From Amphiscolops sp. MND2022 (lineage: Eukaryota), in contig OZ076409.1 in assembly GCA_964187785.1 (NCBI GenBank), positions 52,144,001-52,208,000 of the forward strand: a DNA stretch of 64,000 nucleotides, in the 5' to 3' direction. The translations under genes were made by a program, and so were the position numbers. Position 1 is the first letter of the stretch. Each line of letters starts with the position of its first letter. The notes below the pieces were generated by a model that was not told where the DNA came from, made no database searches, and saw only the letters and a list, made by a program, of their open reading frames with translations. This document shows positions 1 to 12,150 of the stretch, in pieces.

Positions 1-723
1 AAAATAAAATCCGTTTTTTTGATGTTTCATGTTAGGGAAAAGCGGTGTTCGAGTCTTAGGCGTATCCCTTCTGGTATTTTTCGGCGCTGTAACTTTTGAC
101 AAAAGTGTTTCTTGCATATATAAGAAACTTTAGCCTTTTGAACATAGAGCGGGGTGCCGACTTGGGTCGTTCCCGGCTAGTTTGTTTTTAGTCGGCGCTT
201 CATGAAGTGAAACGCGACTATTATAGTGACTTTTTTTTCTATCCACACGAACTGACCAAAATAGTTCTTAAAAGTTCTACAAAATATTATGGTGTCAAAT
301 TGCACCATTTGGCCTAGCGAACTGGGCCAAAATGGTTTTACCTGTTTTTCCGCGTAACATACCATACCGGGCGAGACCAAAGAGTCCCCCCTTTCAATTT
401 TTTTCGGCACTGCGAGACATTTTTTTTCGGAATTTTTTTTCCTCAAAGGGTCCCCCTGCATTTTTTTCATGTTTTGCGACAGAATGGATGTTGAAAAACC
501 TCGAAGGGTCCCCCTTTCAGTTTTTCGGCATTGTGAGACTTTAGCGCGCCAGGGGCTCGCGCTAGCGGGCCCCGGCGCGCCACTCGGTCCATTTTTTTAG
601 TATGTATTTTTTTTCAAAAAATTTTCGATTTTCGAGTACTGTAAAATACTTGACACTTGGAAGTCTTTTTGCTATTTTTGAGCCTTGGATATGGCGCCGA
701 CTTGGGCCGGTCCCGGCTTGTTT
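1..723. repeat. Interspersed non-coding repeats, two units ending in the same hairpin-like terminus (possibly non-autonomous rolling-circle/Helitron-like elements)
   Basis: GCCGACTTGGGtCGtTCCCGGCTAGTT (157-183) recurs as GCCGACTTGGGCCGGTCCCGGCTTGTT (696-722). Internal GGGTCCCCC...TTTTTCGGCA.TG.GA.AC sub-repeats recur at 9880-10410. GC-rich hairpin at 545-581. Confidence 0.5.
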
Positions 724-3700
724 GAATTACTTTAACAACCTGAATTTCTTTCGTATGCATATCATTCGCTCAATGTATTGGGCTTTGCAATAGTGATGTA
801 TTTACCGAGATAAAATTTCATGTCAAAAGTTCAGTACTTCCTGGCTATTCGTTAAGTATAATAATAGAATGCCTCAACTTTTCAGGAAGAAAACATTGCA
901 GTAAACTTTTTTATTTGAACATGTTTGGTTTCAACATACTTGGTTACTTTTGGCGACAACATTCAATCATTTCTCTATGACATCATTGTTCAAGAAGTAG
1001 AGTCTGGGTTTGACAAGAACAACCTTGGTGGAAACATTCAAGGCAATATGACTCAAACTTCAGGAGGAACACAAAAAGACAAAGCAGCGAGAAACATCGA
1101 GAAGAATCCCACTTGTAAATCAACATCAGACAACTAGCAATATTGCGCCAATTAAATGCATCGGCACCATTGCAATGACCACTAATCAACATTTTCACAT
1201 TCAGTTTCAACCCACTTAATACAGAACGTATGCCATCAAATACTACGAGCAAAGGTGCCGTTGCTTTTTTTTAAATTTCGCCCAACCTGTATATCTGTTA
1301 CTAACTGAATATTCATTTTTTGTAACTTTTGAGTTAAAGGGTTCAGAACATCATGTTCGCGAGATAACGACGATTGTCCAAAGCATCATTTTAATATTAA
1401 GTCTAACGGAATGGTCAAAAAGTAAGTTTTTTCAGTGGAATACAGGCTGAGATTACATTTTCACTTTGGAGTCCCACTTCAAGAAGAGGCAGATTAAGGC
1501 AATGGGGACTGTAGGGGGGTAACGATTACGTAATTCATTATTCCATTCAATTAGATGGTAAATTACTGATACAACAAGACTTCCGTCGAGATTAATGAGT
1601 CGACTTCTAACATTCATTGTCATTTCTAAATTTATGACCGATTGGCTAGAGTGACTGCAGATTGACCAAACCAGGTATTCCAAGGTATTCAAAAAATCCA
1701 ATTCATTTCCAAAATCCGAGAAGTTTTTGAGGAAATTTGAAAAAGGAATACCTGCTTCTACAAGAAGTATTCAATCATACATGATAGCCCTACAGAAGAT
1801 AAGACATTGAAACATTCATTGGGGCCAATCACACAACTTTCATAGAAGCTAATGTTAGATTTTATCAACATGAATAGACTGGAAATTGATATAATACAGC
1901 TCCAACAAAAAAGTGACTTTTACAACTAGAACTTGTTCAGCAATTTTACAACATTAAAGAAGCAACAAATGCTGCTTTCACCTGGGTCATCAATGAAGTC
2001 AAGTCATGTTCAAGACTTTTTGTTGACATAAAGGACATATTAAAGGAACTTTTTCAACGCTTCCGTCTGAAATGTTCGCAGTTGATCTCACTTTCTAGGA
2101 AACATGAAATATTTTAACGAGGATTTTCTAACATCTGCTTCAAAAGACAAGAATTCTACCAATCTCACGTGAAACAATACCACGGATTTTGGCACTATAT
2201 TGGGGGAGGGAAGAAAAAGATCCAATATTGGTACTTAATAAAGAAGAGAAATACATGTGTCAGGAAACAAAAAGAGGGCGGCTCCTTTTCGATTTGCAGT
2301 CAAACTTGACAAGCTAACAGCAGCAGTAGCAACATCTATCTAACTTGGTTCATCTGCAAAATAGCACCAGAGCAGTTAAAAAACGTTTCCCTGTCAAAAG
2401 TATCATGATTCTAAATCCACGATTCCATTGGGTTTTGCATGCAAAGTCTTCGAAATTGGATGAAATCATGAAATTCAGCTTGAATGGATACTTTGAAAGG
2501 GAAACATCAAGGATTGTAGTTGCATTTATTGGTAATACTCGATAACTGTTGTTACAAATTAATTACCAATCTTTTCTGATTCAATAAACTCATAGCAGAA
2601 CAGAGCAATAAAGAATCTCATCTCATGACGTCACAATTGTAATGACATCACCAGGAAATTTAACGTCATTTGATTGACCATGATATCATCAGGAGAACAA
2701 TGACGTCATTTGATTGACTACGACGTCATTCGTATGACAAGAACATCAATGAAGAGAAAGAACAAAATAAAATTCCCAACATTGCATGGAATTAGAGAAA
2801 AATAACATTCATGTCAAAAGGAAACTAATTTACATGTATTTAATGCCTCGAATGGCGTTTACAAGTAGATTCCTGCTTTTCCGCAATGAAATATTCGAAT
2901 TAAATGAAATAAGTTTTGGTTAATTACATTCAAGTTCAATACATTCTTTGAACGCGGAAAACCAGCAATACGCTCGAGGAATTAAACAACAGTTCAATAA
3001 CCACCGAGAGAGAGGAGTAGCTGTTACAGACACCAAAAATGACAAAAGTTATGATTGAACTCCAGTCATCTGATAGGAACCGTATTCACTTATATTGAAG
3101 TTATATACATCTATAAACATGGACAGCTAAACCTTTCATTTTCCAGTCAGTACGAAGTCAAAGTATGAAGCCTTTGAGGTTTGAAAGTGTCTTGGACATT
3201 ATAGTTATCAAATGTAAACAAGTTTTCGAAAAGTATGGAAAAATAATAAATAGGGGTTAGGGAAATCAACATGTTGAAAAGATATGAAGAAGTGGACGTT
3301 TTAGCACCATTTCAGCCACCGCGGGAAACCCACAGATGACTAATAGGGAGAAGGGAAGGGACGAGCAGAAAAAATAAATAATAATTGCTGCATCTAATCA
3401 ATAACGGGTGTTAAGAGATATCTTCGCCATGACGAAGACACACTTAGCACCCGAAGCACAATTAAGGGAACTTTCATTGAAATTATTAAGAGTCCGAGAG
3501 TCACTACTAAGTATTCAGTAAAACGAGTCATTCAGTCAAGTCCACAGAACGTGAAAGTTTTGTGTGCTAATTCTAAACTACTTAGAGACATCGGTGCAAA
3601 AGATGCGGCGGTAGGTTCAACAAACCAGATCTTTAGACACCACTCCAGCTTCTGCCGCGCTCACTTCTTCGAAACGTAGACCAGCATTTTCTAGCACGCA

Positions 3701-3810
3701 TTCAAAAGTTCCAAAGGTTGGCAAATGCTGTGAAAACTTCTTATGAATGCGACTAGCAGTAAAATGCGATTATCTCAACGTGCACAAGACAAGAAACGAG
3801 GACAAGTTCT

Positions 3811-4419
3811 TTATTTTTCGGCATCATGATGCCATCCATTTACAAGACCCTGGTTTTTAGGTTGTCGCAAACTCTGCACGTAAGCCTGGTGAAGTTTTTG
3901 CACGAAAGTGGAATCAGTTTGCAAAAGATAAATCATTGCCTGCTGCATTTGATCAACAGTTAACTGATTGCGACATTCATTGCTTTGACGACCCAACATC
4001 TCAGAGTCTGCAAAACTCGCTACGTCGTCAGCAAAAAGAGACAAAGACCCATTGATGTTTTGTTTAACAGGGTTTTGAGATCCACCATTGAACGCGACAG
4101 GCATAGACATGGCCAGATTCACAACGCCTGAAGTAGATTTGCGCGCCATGGTCGGCAAAGAGGCTGTTTTTGAGTTGCCCAAGTTTTGTGATGGGTTTGC
4201 AGTGTTGTATGGGTTCAAAAGCCCAGTATTAGAAGAAAGGGCGTTAGGTGATAATTCCAAGGAAGAGGTTGCGGTTGGCAATGTCGTAAGAACCTTATCG
4301 ATGCCGTTGTACCCATTGAAGCTTTCACGAGAGGGAGGTGACCCAACAGAAGAGCTACAGTCGTCTTCGTCACTCAAAAACTGACTCGGTGGCATCAAAT
4401 GCAGGGCTTGCAGAGTCTC
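3811..4419 (-). CDS. DCP1: DCP1 coding exon 6 (trimerisation domain)
   Basis: Acceptor TTTAG, ETLQALHLMPPSQF...QAMIYLLQTDSTFVQKLHQAY, stop TAA at 3811. Confidence 0.9.
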   Translation of the reverse strand, partial: ETLQALHLMPPSQFLSDEDDCSSSVGSPPSRESFNGYNGIDKVLTTLPTATSSLELSPNALSSNTGLLNPYNTANPSQNLGNSKTASLPTMARKSTSGVVNLAMSMPVAFNGGSQNPVKQNINGSLSLFADDVASFADSEMLGRQSNECRNQLTVDQMQQAMIYLLQTDSTFVQKLHQAYVQSLRQPKNQGLVNGWHHDAEK

Positions 4420-7400
4420 CTAAATTGTACGTCAAGGACATTAAAAGATGAACAATGAAAAGCAACCTTTGAAGCTATAGAAACCTGAAGCTGGAATTAT
4501 ACATCGAAAAATGTTGATTCGAAACGAAAGCTAAGAAAAAGTAGTTTATAAAGCAAGCAAACCTGTGAAGTAACGGAATTATAAACTCAATTGAAAAGTG
4601 TTTTTATCGAAGACATGAAATAAGAAAGGCGTGCACTGAAAAAACGGGCTTAGAAAAAAACAATAAATTATGCCCTTGTTAAAGAGGGACAATTCGGCGA
4701 GGAGAGGACCCTTTATTGGTGAAACACTAAAAAGAAGCTGTTAAATACTCACTTCCGATAAGATCAAATCATGATTGTCAGATTTCATTTGATCAACTTT
4801 TTTCCTGTCGTTTTGTGGCATATTTGAGCCTGAAGACAAATTACTGAAATCTGTGCTGCTTTTATTATCGTCGGAGAGCGCAAAACTTGAAGCTGTTTCA
4901 TTGGGGTTGCCTTTAAAAAGTTTCTTGTCATGCTGCGACAAAACGTCAGTGTTAGCAGCAAGGGTTGCCGTTTTCAAAAAGTTTTCTGATGACGGATGGG
5001 GGGAGAATGACTGAGGAGCCAAATGGATAGGATGGCTGTGAGTAGAGTTCACTCCATAGTTCGGAGTGGGACTAAAATTTTGAGTTGAGACGCCCTGCAT
5101 GACAGAACTAGAGTTTAGAGATGCGTTATCGGGTTTGGGTTTTAGAAGGGGTGGCTGTGACAGTGCAGTAGACGGCCCAGTGTGATCAACAGAAAAAAGT
5201 TGTTGAACTCGTTTTGAGACGCCGCTGCCGCTGTCTTCGCTGATATCTTTGGGACTGGTCGATAATGCTCTTTGATTCTGAATGAAGTCAAGACCCGCTG
5301 AAGTTGCTGCAACAGAAGTAGAGAGTGGGTGACCTGGTTGAGGATAGAGAACATCTTGCTGCTTCTGGTTACTGCCGCTGCTCGGTTTTGTTTCTGCGAA
5401 TTGAACAGTTAAAGTAGCTATACAATTCATTCGAAGACCTAGAATTGGTGTCAATTTTTAATTTTTTTTTCTATGGAGGCAGTCATTAACACACAGAGGC
5501 GAAGCGGTGCTTCGCAACACATGACGAAGACATTATTTTAATATGCGTATATATATTATTTTAATCACATGCGTATATATTCAACAGTTCAACTTTGTTC
5601 ACTAACGTCCCTATGGCACAGTGGTCAACACTTAAGCCGTGCAATCGGGAGGCTGCAGGTTCGAATCTCTCAGGGGTTTTGGCATTTGTCTAAAAGGCGC
5701 TCATTATGAAGTTGACTATTGTGGAAAAAAAACTTTCTTAGCTGGACTGCAATGCACATTGACTTCGTCATGTGCAAAAATAGGCCCCCCGGGGCACATT
5801 ACTATTTCTGCTTGAATCTTTCATCAATATTATTACACTGCTTTGTTTTAAAACCAAGATGATTTGTTTTTAATAACAAAGGTATAATTCAGTGTTTTTT
5901 TTAAATAATAGAATCATATCCGGAATACCAATACACTGTTTAATCATTATTTAGCGCACAATTAATCACTGTACAAGTTTACACCGCCTCTAATTCTTCT
6001 CGGACTAAAGAATATATAACAACTAAATGCAGGCGAAGCTCTCCGAAAACGAATATTTAACACTCATTCGCTTCATCTCAATGACGTCAGCATACAATAC
6101 TGTGATAAAGAAATCGTCCCCCTATGCGCTGAGCGTCGTTATCAACCAATTAGAATAGCGTATTTGCTCTCACTTTCAATTCTGATTGGCGCATCAAGTA
6201 AAATCTCCGGCACAGAAAGAACGCTTCTGCTATTTTTCCAGTTTTGGGCAGGTTTTTGAAATATTTTTCTGAAAATTTTAAATTCATCGAATTCGGCAGA
6301 TTGTATAGAATTCAATGATATAATTCGCAGGAAAAAACTGCGATTATTTTTCCATTTAGAATGTTTTTGAAACAAAAAGTATATCATTGAATTCTATTCA
6401 TTTCCTATCTTAATACATGTAAATCGACGAAATTTTACCTTTGGAGCATGATATTTCGAAAACGGTTTATAATTTTTCAAATCGAAAAATATCCAAAGAT
6501 TCAGTAGATTTGTGCGAGTTAATTGAGCAGAAAACTTGCCAAAAAAACTGTGGATAAAACGGTCAAAAATTGGTAAAACGGAAAAAAGCCCCAAATTTGC
6601 TCAAAATCAGCTTATTGTAACTTTCTCAATTTTTGTCCCAGAAAAATTTAAAAAACACTAATAAAACTAGATGAAATTCTAAGAAACTTTTATTCCTAAT
6701 GTTTTTCAAAATTTTCAACAGATTTCGAGAAAATCGAGCCTAACATCGCCCCGGGGGACGTTTTCTTAATGACAGTACTGTATGAATGCATAATTACCGC
6801 TCGCTCGTTCCATCGCACGAGAATGGAAATGTCGTCGGCAGCTTGAGAAATTTAATTCTCACGCTTATAGTCACTGCCGAACAAATATCTGAATTATTCA
6901 GTATCGTGCGGCGGAGCATTGTACTGAAAAAAAGTAGACATCTTGAGATTTCAATAATATTCCTGCTATCGCAGAAATAATAAAAATACATAGTGATATA
7001 ATTTTCGTGATTTTGATTCAATTTTAAAACCAAAATACCGCTGTAATCCTGATCAAAATCTGACCGACTTTTCGTTCTAAGAATTTTCTGTCACACACAT
7101 CCAAAAAAATTTTTCCGCTTTCCGAAATTTTGCCCGTGATATTAGCTGTCTAGCTTTTTGGTACCATAGTGCAACACAATTTTGATTGAAGCAATCATTT
7201 CTTTTTTATGAAAATGCTGCTTTGAAGACTATCTCCAAAGCGATATCGATCAGAAGGTTTCGTGTAAAAGAAAAAAAGTGTCATTCAAACTAGGCTAGCA
7301 ACCGAAATAAAGGTGAGACGTTTTCTAAGTATACTTTTGAGGAAAATGTCAACTCTAACCAGTTTGGGAAAACATCTGCTGTAGCAGGAGAGGCATTTCC

Positions 7401-10400
7401 TCGTTGGCCGATGAATTCGCGGCCTTGTCACATTTGATACCTAGCATTTGACCCCAAGGAGAAGAGGATTTTGACCCCTTGGATGCAGACGTGTGATTGG
7501 ACTCTGAGCGCTTTCTCTGGTGATCCCGCACCATTTTTCCATTCGCAGCAGCGGCAGACTTGTTATGTGAAACTGTGAACATCCCTTGAGAGTAGGACTC
7601 GGGGTTTGCACTTTCGGAGCGGGAGCGCACGTAAGATGGAACTGGGGGACCGAAGGCACTCGTGGCCGACGTTTTAAGGTAACCACTCCCAGCACTGATA
7701 TTCAAAGAATTGCACGGGGGCGATACTGCTTGGTCCTGGGGTGTTTGTTTGGAGCTCCTTTTGGGACAAACATCTGCATCCGTCATGTTTTTTCCAGCAG
7801 AAGCACTTCTGTGCATAGGATAGCTGGTTGGCTTGCATTTGCTCTGAAACACAAGCAAGAATAAATTTGGATTCACACACACCAAATTTTCATAAAACTA
7901 AGAATTCACCTTGGAAGCAAGCAAGTTCTACACAACAATTCCTTACTTTCTTGCAATAGAGTACTATGAATATTCATTCATTGTCGTACTAATTTGATTT
8001 CGATACATTTAATTTTGATTACTCGACAAAAAGTCTAACAAATTTCGAGGCAGAAACATTTTTGAAAGTATGATAGAATCTAACTTTTGAATCTGCAGCA
8101 TAAAGCATAGACAAAATAGAGGACGAGCCATCAGTGAGTTGGGCTCCGTTTTTGGAGACAATGGAGGATTCGTCACCGTGAGGGGATTTGTGTTTTGCGA
8201 ATGAAGGCGAACCCGATTTAGAATTTGAGGTTTTCTTCAGTTCCGGTTTCGAAGCCACAGAAGTTGGAGAAAGATTTTGTGAGGAGGGCTCAGAGCCAAT
8301 GGGATGATAACTTTTCAGAAGATTGAAAATTCTTTCGGCATCCGATTTCTCTTGGAACCACAAAGCGTAAATACCTGCAGGCAACACAGAGTCAAAATAC
8401 TAGTCACAGAATGGAATTAAATATCTAGCTACAACTTAATTTTATTGTTGAGTTCAAAATATCGATTTTCCTCAATAAAAATAGTATCCGCAATGTTTAG
8501 CAATTAAGCAACAGCCCTTGAAACTTCAATTTAGTCACCATTTCCATCTATAACCAAGTCCAAGAGTACATTACATAAAAGAGGCTATCATTAAAATTTC
8601 GAATTCTACTACAGAGATTATCCTCGAGACTATAAGTATAGTAAATACGAGAACGGAGTACAGTCAACATAGTATCCTAGTAAAAATGACAATTTTCAAC
8701 TCTGTAAAAATGATGAGACGGAAGAAGTCACTTGCATTTATTGAAGCAAGGGTACCAACCTTTAGAGTTTTTGTACAACAAACAAGGACAGTTTAGTTGC
8801 AGACCAATATCAGGAGTAAGAATCTCGGTAAGGTTTTCTTGATTCTTCGTATTCATCAACGTAAATCCAATGTAAGGACTTTTACTGCGTTTGAACACAA
8901 ACAAATGCCCTTCAATTTCCGTTTTGACCTGAAATGAAACCATTCCAATCAAATGTGAGAAAAGTTCTTGAAACACAACCACAACAGAAATTTCAAGTAC
9001 CATTGAAATCAGAGGAGCAACATGTATGAAAGTTAATTGGCGATAACGTTGAACTTTATATTTGTTCGAAAACATTTTGAAATTTGAAACAAGATGCCCA
9101 CTGAGCTCTGGGATGTTTTCCAACTTGAATTACTATTGCGACATTTTTAGCGCTCGAGCGTAGCCGATACACTTACAACAAACTTTAAGTTTAACTATTG
9201 TAAACTATACCAATTGCTTAATCGTTCAACTCATTCGTACCCACGAACACGCTCAAAATTTCACCAAAATAGCATGAAACGGTTAAAAAACATTTCAGTG
9301 GTAAAGAAAATGTTAAATATCTCCACAATTACAAACGCAACGAACCTATTTTTTTTTTCGTAGTAGACTTCTACGATTATTACACTGGATGGCAAAATTG
9401 GTTTAAAAGCGGGCTGAGAGATTAATATTTCTTTCCCATATTGAATAGGGGCTGGAAATAATGAATGAATCAAAAGTTCAGCAGAATTATTTTGAGACCC
9501 TAGTGAGTTCATTGTTAGCAGGTGTCGCCGATGAGTTAGTTGTCGCCACTGCTGATTAGAAAGTTTTCAAAATTTGACACAGTGGCTTAGTCTCTCTCTC
9601 ACGAGCTGCTAAATAACCAATAACCGGTCGAAGGATCAAATTTAGCCATCGTCAAACTTTTTAGAGCTTTAGGCCAGTTGGCTAGCTTAAATCACACAAA
9701 CGTAGACTTGTAGTGGCTTTTTCAAGACAAGCGAACTGACTTTTCTATAAATTCCTTTAACTTGTACTCAACTTGCTTCCGCCTTTCGGCCTAGTGATTA
9801 ACGCGGGCGTAACTATAAGTACGTGGGTTCGAATCTTGCGCTGAGCCAAAAACTTATGCTTGCACAAATAAAGGGGACACCAAAGGGCCCTTTTGGGGTT
9901 TTTCGGCACTATGCGACTTTTGAAAAACTTTTTGAAAACGAAGGGCGCCATTGGTTTTCAGCAGAAATAAAGCGTTTTGCGAGCATAGAGGGTACCTTAA
10001 GGTTGTTCGGCATTACGCGACTTATCGAAGAATTTTTGAGGATTTCTTTTTTCAAGGAAAACCGTTTTCCGAGTTTTAAGGGAGACCCCTTTTGTTATTC
10101 TTTGGTCCTGTGGGACTCATCAGAGTTTTCAATAATCGCGAAAGACCTACGGTTCTTCGACAATGTGCGACTTTTTTGAAAAAAAAACCATTGTCAAACG
10201 GTACCTCCTTCTCTTCTACCAAGTTTCCGGCTTGGAAAAAGCGTTACTGGAAAAAAGTCTCCCGAAAAAGGAGTTTTCCGGCATTGAGACTTTTCCCGAG
10301 TTTTCTTTTCTCTCAAGAATTGGTTTTATCGATGATTCGAGTTTGGGTAAAAACGGTTTTCGAGTATTACGGCTGTCCTTTCCGGTATTTTTTGGCGCAG

Positions 10401-10802
10401 CAAATTTGATGGAAATCTAACAGTGTCTCCTTGCATATTAAAAACACTATGCTCGTTTGAACCCTGAGCAGGGTGCCAGCTAAAAACATGTGATGATAAA
10501 ATGAACCTTTCACAATGGTGCGAGTTGAAAACGAGCGCGGATAATTGCATAATTTGGACGAATTGGAATCAATTTGTCAGAAATAATTTATTCCAAGTCC
10601 GCAGGTCAAAAAATGGCTCAAATTGCATAGGACGAAATGCCCTGCAAGTTTTGCAAGATCAAATTATTTCTCGACTAACCCATTTTGTATCTAAGGTGTT
10701 GAAGTTGTAAAGGATACATTGACTGGAATGGCAAAGAACTGTCTCTATCGAGCCATCGCGTCGTTGTAAAGCTCCCAACATTATATCACCAGCACCGGCC
10801 AT
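3811..10802 (-). CDS. DCP1: mRNA-decapping enzyme cofactor DCP1 (DCP1A/B-like); 6 coding exons join(10802..10680,8928..8760,8374..8085,7843..7360,5393..4753,4419..3811), 2316 nt, about 771 aa
   Basis: N-terminal EVH1-type domain: LGALQRRD..IETVL..SSQCILYNF..W-VKTEIEGHLFVFKRS.SP..GFTLMN..NLTE.L..LLYKN..GIYALWF. Motif-I-like SILSMLYAA, LMPPSQF, and C-terminal trimerisation helix LTVDQMQQAMIYLLQTDSTFVQKLHQAYVQSL. All introns are GT..AG with matching phases 0,1,0,1,0. Confidence 0.93.
4753..5393 (-). CDS. DCP1: DCP1 coding exon 5 (low-complexity linker)
   Basis: Acceptor TTCGCAG in phase 1, open frame to LILSE, donor GTGAGT. Confidence 0.8.
5490..5775 (-). mobile_element. Helentron-associated (HINE/DINE-like) non-autonomous element
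   Basis: 12-bp subterminal inverted repeats CACATGACGAAG (5518-5529) / CTTCGTCATGTG (5763-5774), terminal hairpin GCGAAGC-ggt-GCTTCGC (5499-5515), inserted in an A/T run without a clear TSD. Confidence 0.5.
5607..5677 (+). pseudogene. tRNA-derived sequence (SINE-head-like) inside the HINE-like element
   Basis: A box TGGCACAGTGG (5614-5624), B box GGTTCGAATCT (5658-5668); stems imperfect. Confidence 0.55.
7360..7843 (-). CDS. DCP1: DCP1 coding exon 4 (low-complexity linker)
   Basis: Acceptor TTTCAG, open frame SKCKP...LQQMFSQT, donor GTTAGA (phase 1). Confidence 0.8.
8085..8374 (-). CDS. DCP1: DCP1 coding exon 3
   Basis: Acceptor CTGCAG, GIYALWFQEKSDAERI...SILSMLYAADSK, donor GTTAGA. Confidence 0.9.
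8760..8928 (-). CDS. DCP1: DCP1 coding exon 2
   Basis: Acceptor TTTCAG, VKTEIEGHLFVFKRS...YKNSK, donor GTTGGT (phase 1). Confidence 0.9.
9781..9850 (+). repeat. tRNA-derived SINE-like segment in DCP1 intron 1
   Basis: A-box-like CGGCCTAGTGATTAA and B box GGTTCGAATCT (9826-9836); no intact cloverleaf. Confidence 0.45.
9870..10410. repeat. Diverged repeat related to the 1-723 family, in DCP1 intron 1
   Basis: Recurrent TTTTCGGCACT.TGCGAC / GGCATTGAGACTTT / CGGTTTTCGAGT motifs shared with 1-720. Confidence 0.45.
10680..10802 (-). CDS. DCP1: DCP1 coding exon 1 (41 aa)
   Basis: ATG at 10802, MAGAGDIMLGALQRRDGSIE...DTKW, donor GTTAGT. Confidence 0.9.
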
Positions 10803-10923
10803 TTTATACCTGAAAATTCTTCGTGAAAATAAAGCCTCGCACTGGATACGTATAGTGAATATACAGAGATGCCCACTCTCATTGAGACCCACTATTGCCC
10901 CAATTTTTCATCGGAGCACACCA

Positions 10924-11211
10924 GTTAGTAGGCCGGCGAGTTGGGACACCAGTTTATAATTATTCTGCGAAAGGTGATGTCAATAGAAAAGTGACTGTTA
11001 TTTTAAGGATAACAAATTTAGGGCTGACTCTGTTCTAATATGTGGATCGACAAAAATTGATATAGAAGTACAGAATGTATTTTTTCTTGAAAAGATCCAA
11101 GACTGAGATTGGATCAACAATATTTGGACTGAGATTGGATCTAAGATGCTTTTGCTTAGGTTAAATCATACCATAATGCGAAGATGAATATAAACATCTT
11201 GAAATTAGATG
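10924..11211. repeat. ~290 bp direct repeat, copy 1 (immediately upstream of DCP1)
   Basis: GTTAGTAGG.CGGCGAGTTGGGACACCAGTTT...GAAATTAGATG, high identity to 12151-12441. Confidence 0.9.
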
Positions 11212-11571
11212 GAAAAACCACTTGTGCAATCAAATTTTTTCAACAGATCAGGTTGAAACTGTCCAATTCGACTTTAAATAATATTAAAGATAGTTCTCAC
11301 TTCAAATAGAAAATTTTTAAAGAATGTGAAGCATGGGTCTTCGAACAGAATGGGAACATACTTTGTATATAGCCAACATTTAAGCATTCAAAGTTTTCAT
11401 AGAAAATTCCCCACGGTGCTGCAAGCACTATGCGTGAAGAACATCGTTGCGAAATCGCCGTTTCGAGGCACCGAACTGCACATCGAAACAATTAATTCGG
11501 AGCATGGCATGCTTCATCAAGGTTTGATCACAGAACCGCAATCTGTTATCAGCGACTGTGCGGGCTGACAT

Positions 11572-11898
11572 TCAAGTATATCTAGACACCTTGCTTCGCT
11601 TCAAACCACTTTCTTTATCGTCATCTTTCTCATAGCAACGCTTGTCTCCTTTAGGTTCAACTGCACTATTACTCGATTTTGACTGGTGACCATTCAATTG
11701 ACGCGAGGGTAACATGTTTCGTAAAAAGCGCTTGTTGACAGGTCTTACTGGACACTCCTTCCAGGCAAGAGAGCCCATTGTTTCTTCTCTTTGTTTGGCT
11801 CTGTTAGTCTCTTTCAACAATTCTTCTATAGCTTTTTGGGTGAGATCAGCAGTTTCAGCTTTGTGGTCATTTTTATTCGCGGCTGTTGACATGGACAT
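11572..11898 (-). CDS. POLR1D: POLR1D isoform-2-like small basic protein (about 108 aa; start at 11898 or 11892 uncertain)
   Basis: LTQKAIEELLKETNRAKQREETMGSLAWKECPVRPVNKRFLRNML matches from memory human POLR1D isoform 2 (LERKAIEELLKEAKRGKTRAETMGPMGWMKCPLASTNKRFLINTI), followed by a charged tail. Not the RPAC2/AC19 polymerase subunit sequence. Confidence 0.8.
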   Translation of the reverse strand: MSMSTAANKNDHKAETADLTQKAIEELLKETNRAKQREETMGSLAWKECPVRPVNKRFLRNMLPSRQLNGHQSKSSNSAVEPKGDKRCYEKDDDKESGLKRSKVSRYT

Positions 11899-12150
11899 AA
11901 GCAACACTGTATTATTCAAAATGGCTAAGACGAGAGACGTGAGCACCGGGAATTCATCTGAAACGATAAATCAAAGTAAAACACGCTTTATTTAAAATAA
12001 CAGCATTATGTCAAGTAGCCGTACAAATTAGAAGAAAAGTTGAAATTTTTCTAACAATCAAATCAACAAATGGTGCGTTACAGGGATCTTCAAATTTTGA
12101 TACGTATTTCACGCCTCCATCTTGTTTTCACGCTGTTTGCATTGTAGTAG

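Larger units (their letters stand above)
5474..6780. mobile_element. Possible TA-flanked MITE in DCP1 intron 4, left TIR split by a later insertion
   Basis: Left CAGTCATTAA[insertion]AAATAGGCCCCCCGGGG resembles the reverse complement of the right end CCCCGGGGGACGTTTTCTTAATGACAG. TA on both outer sides. The match is imperfect. Confidence 0.35.

Noticed and set aside
725..3810. Short ORFs downstream of DCP1
   Set aside because: No recognisable homology or splice pattern; probably 3' UTR or intergenic.
5607..5677. Functional tRNA gene (GCA anticodon-like)
   Set aside because: Acceptor and anticodon stems pair poorly and it sits inside a repeat element.
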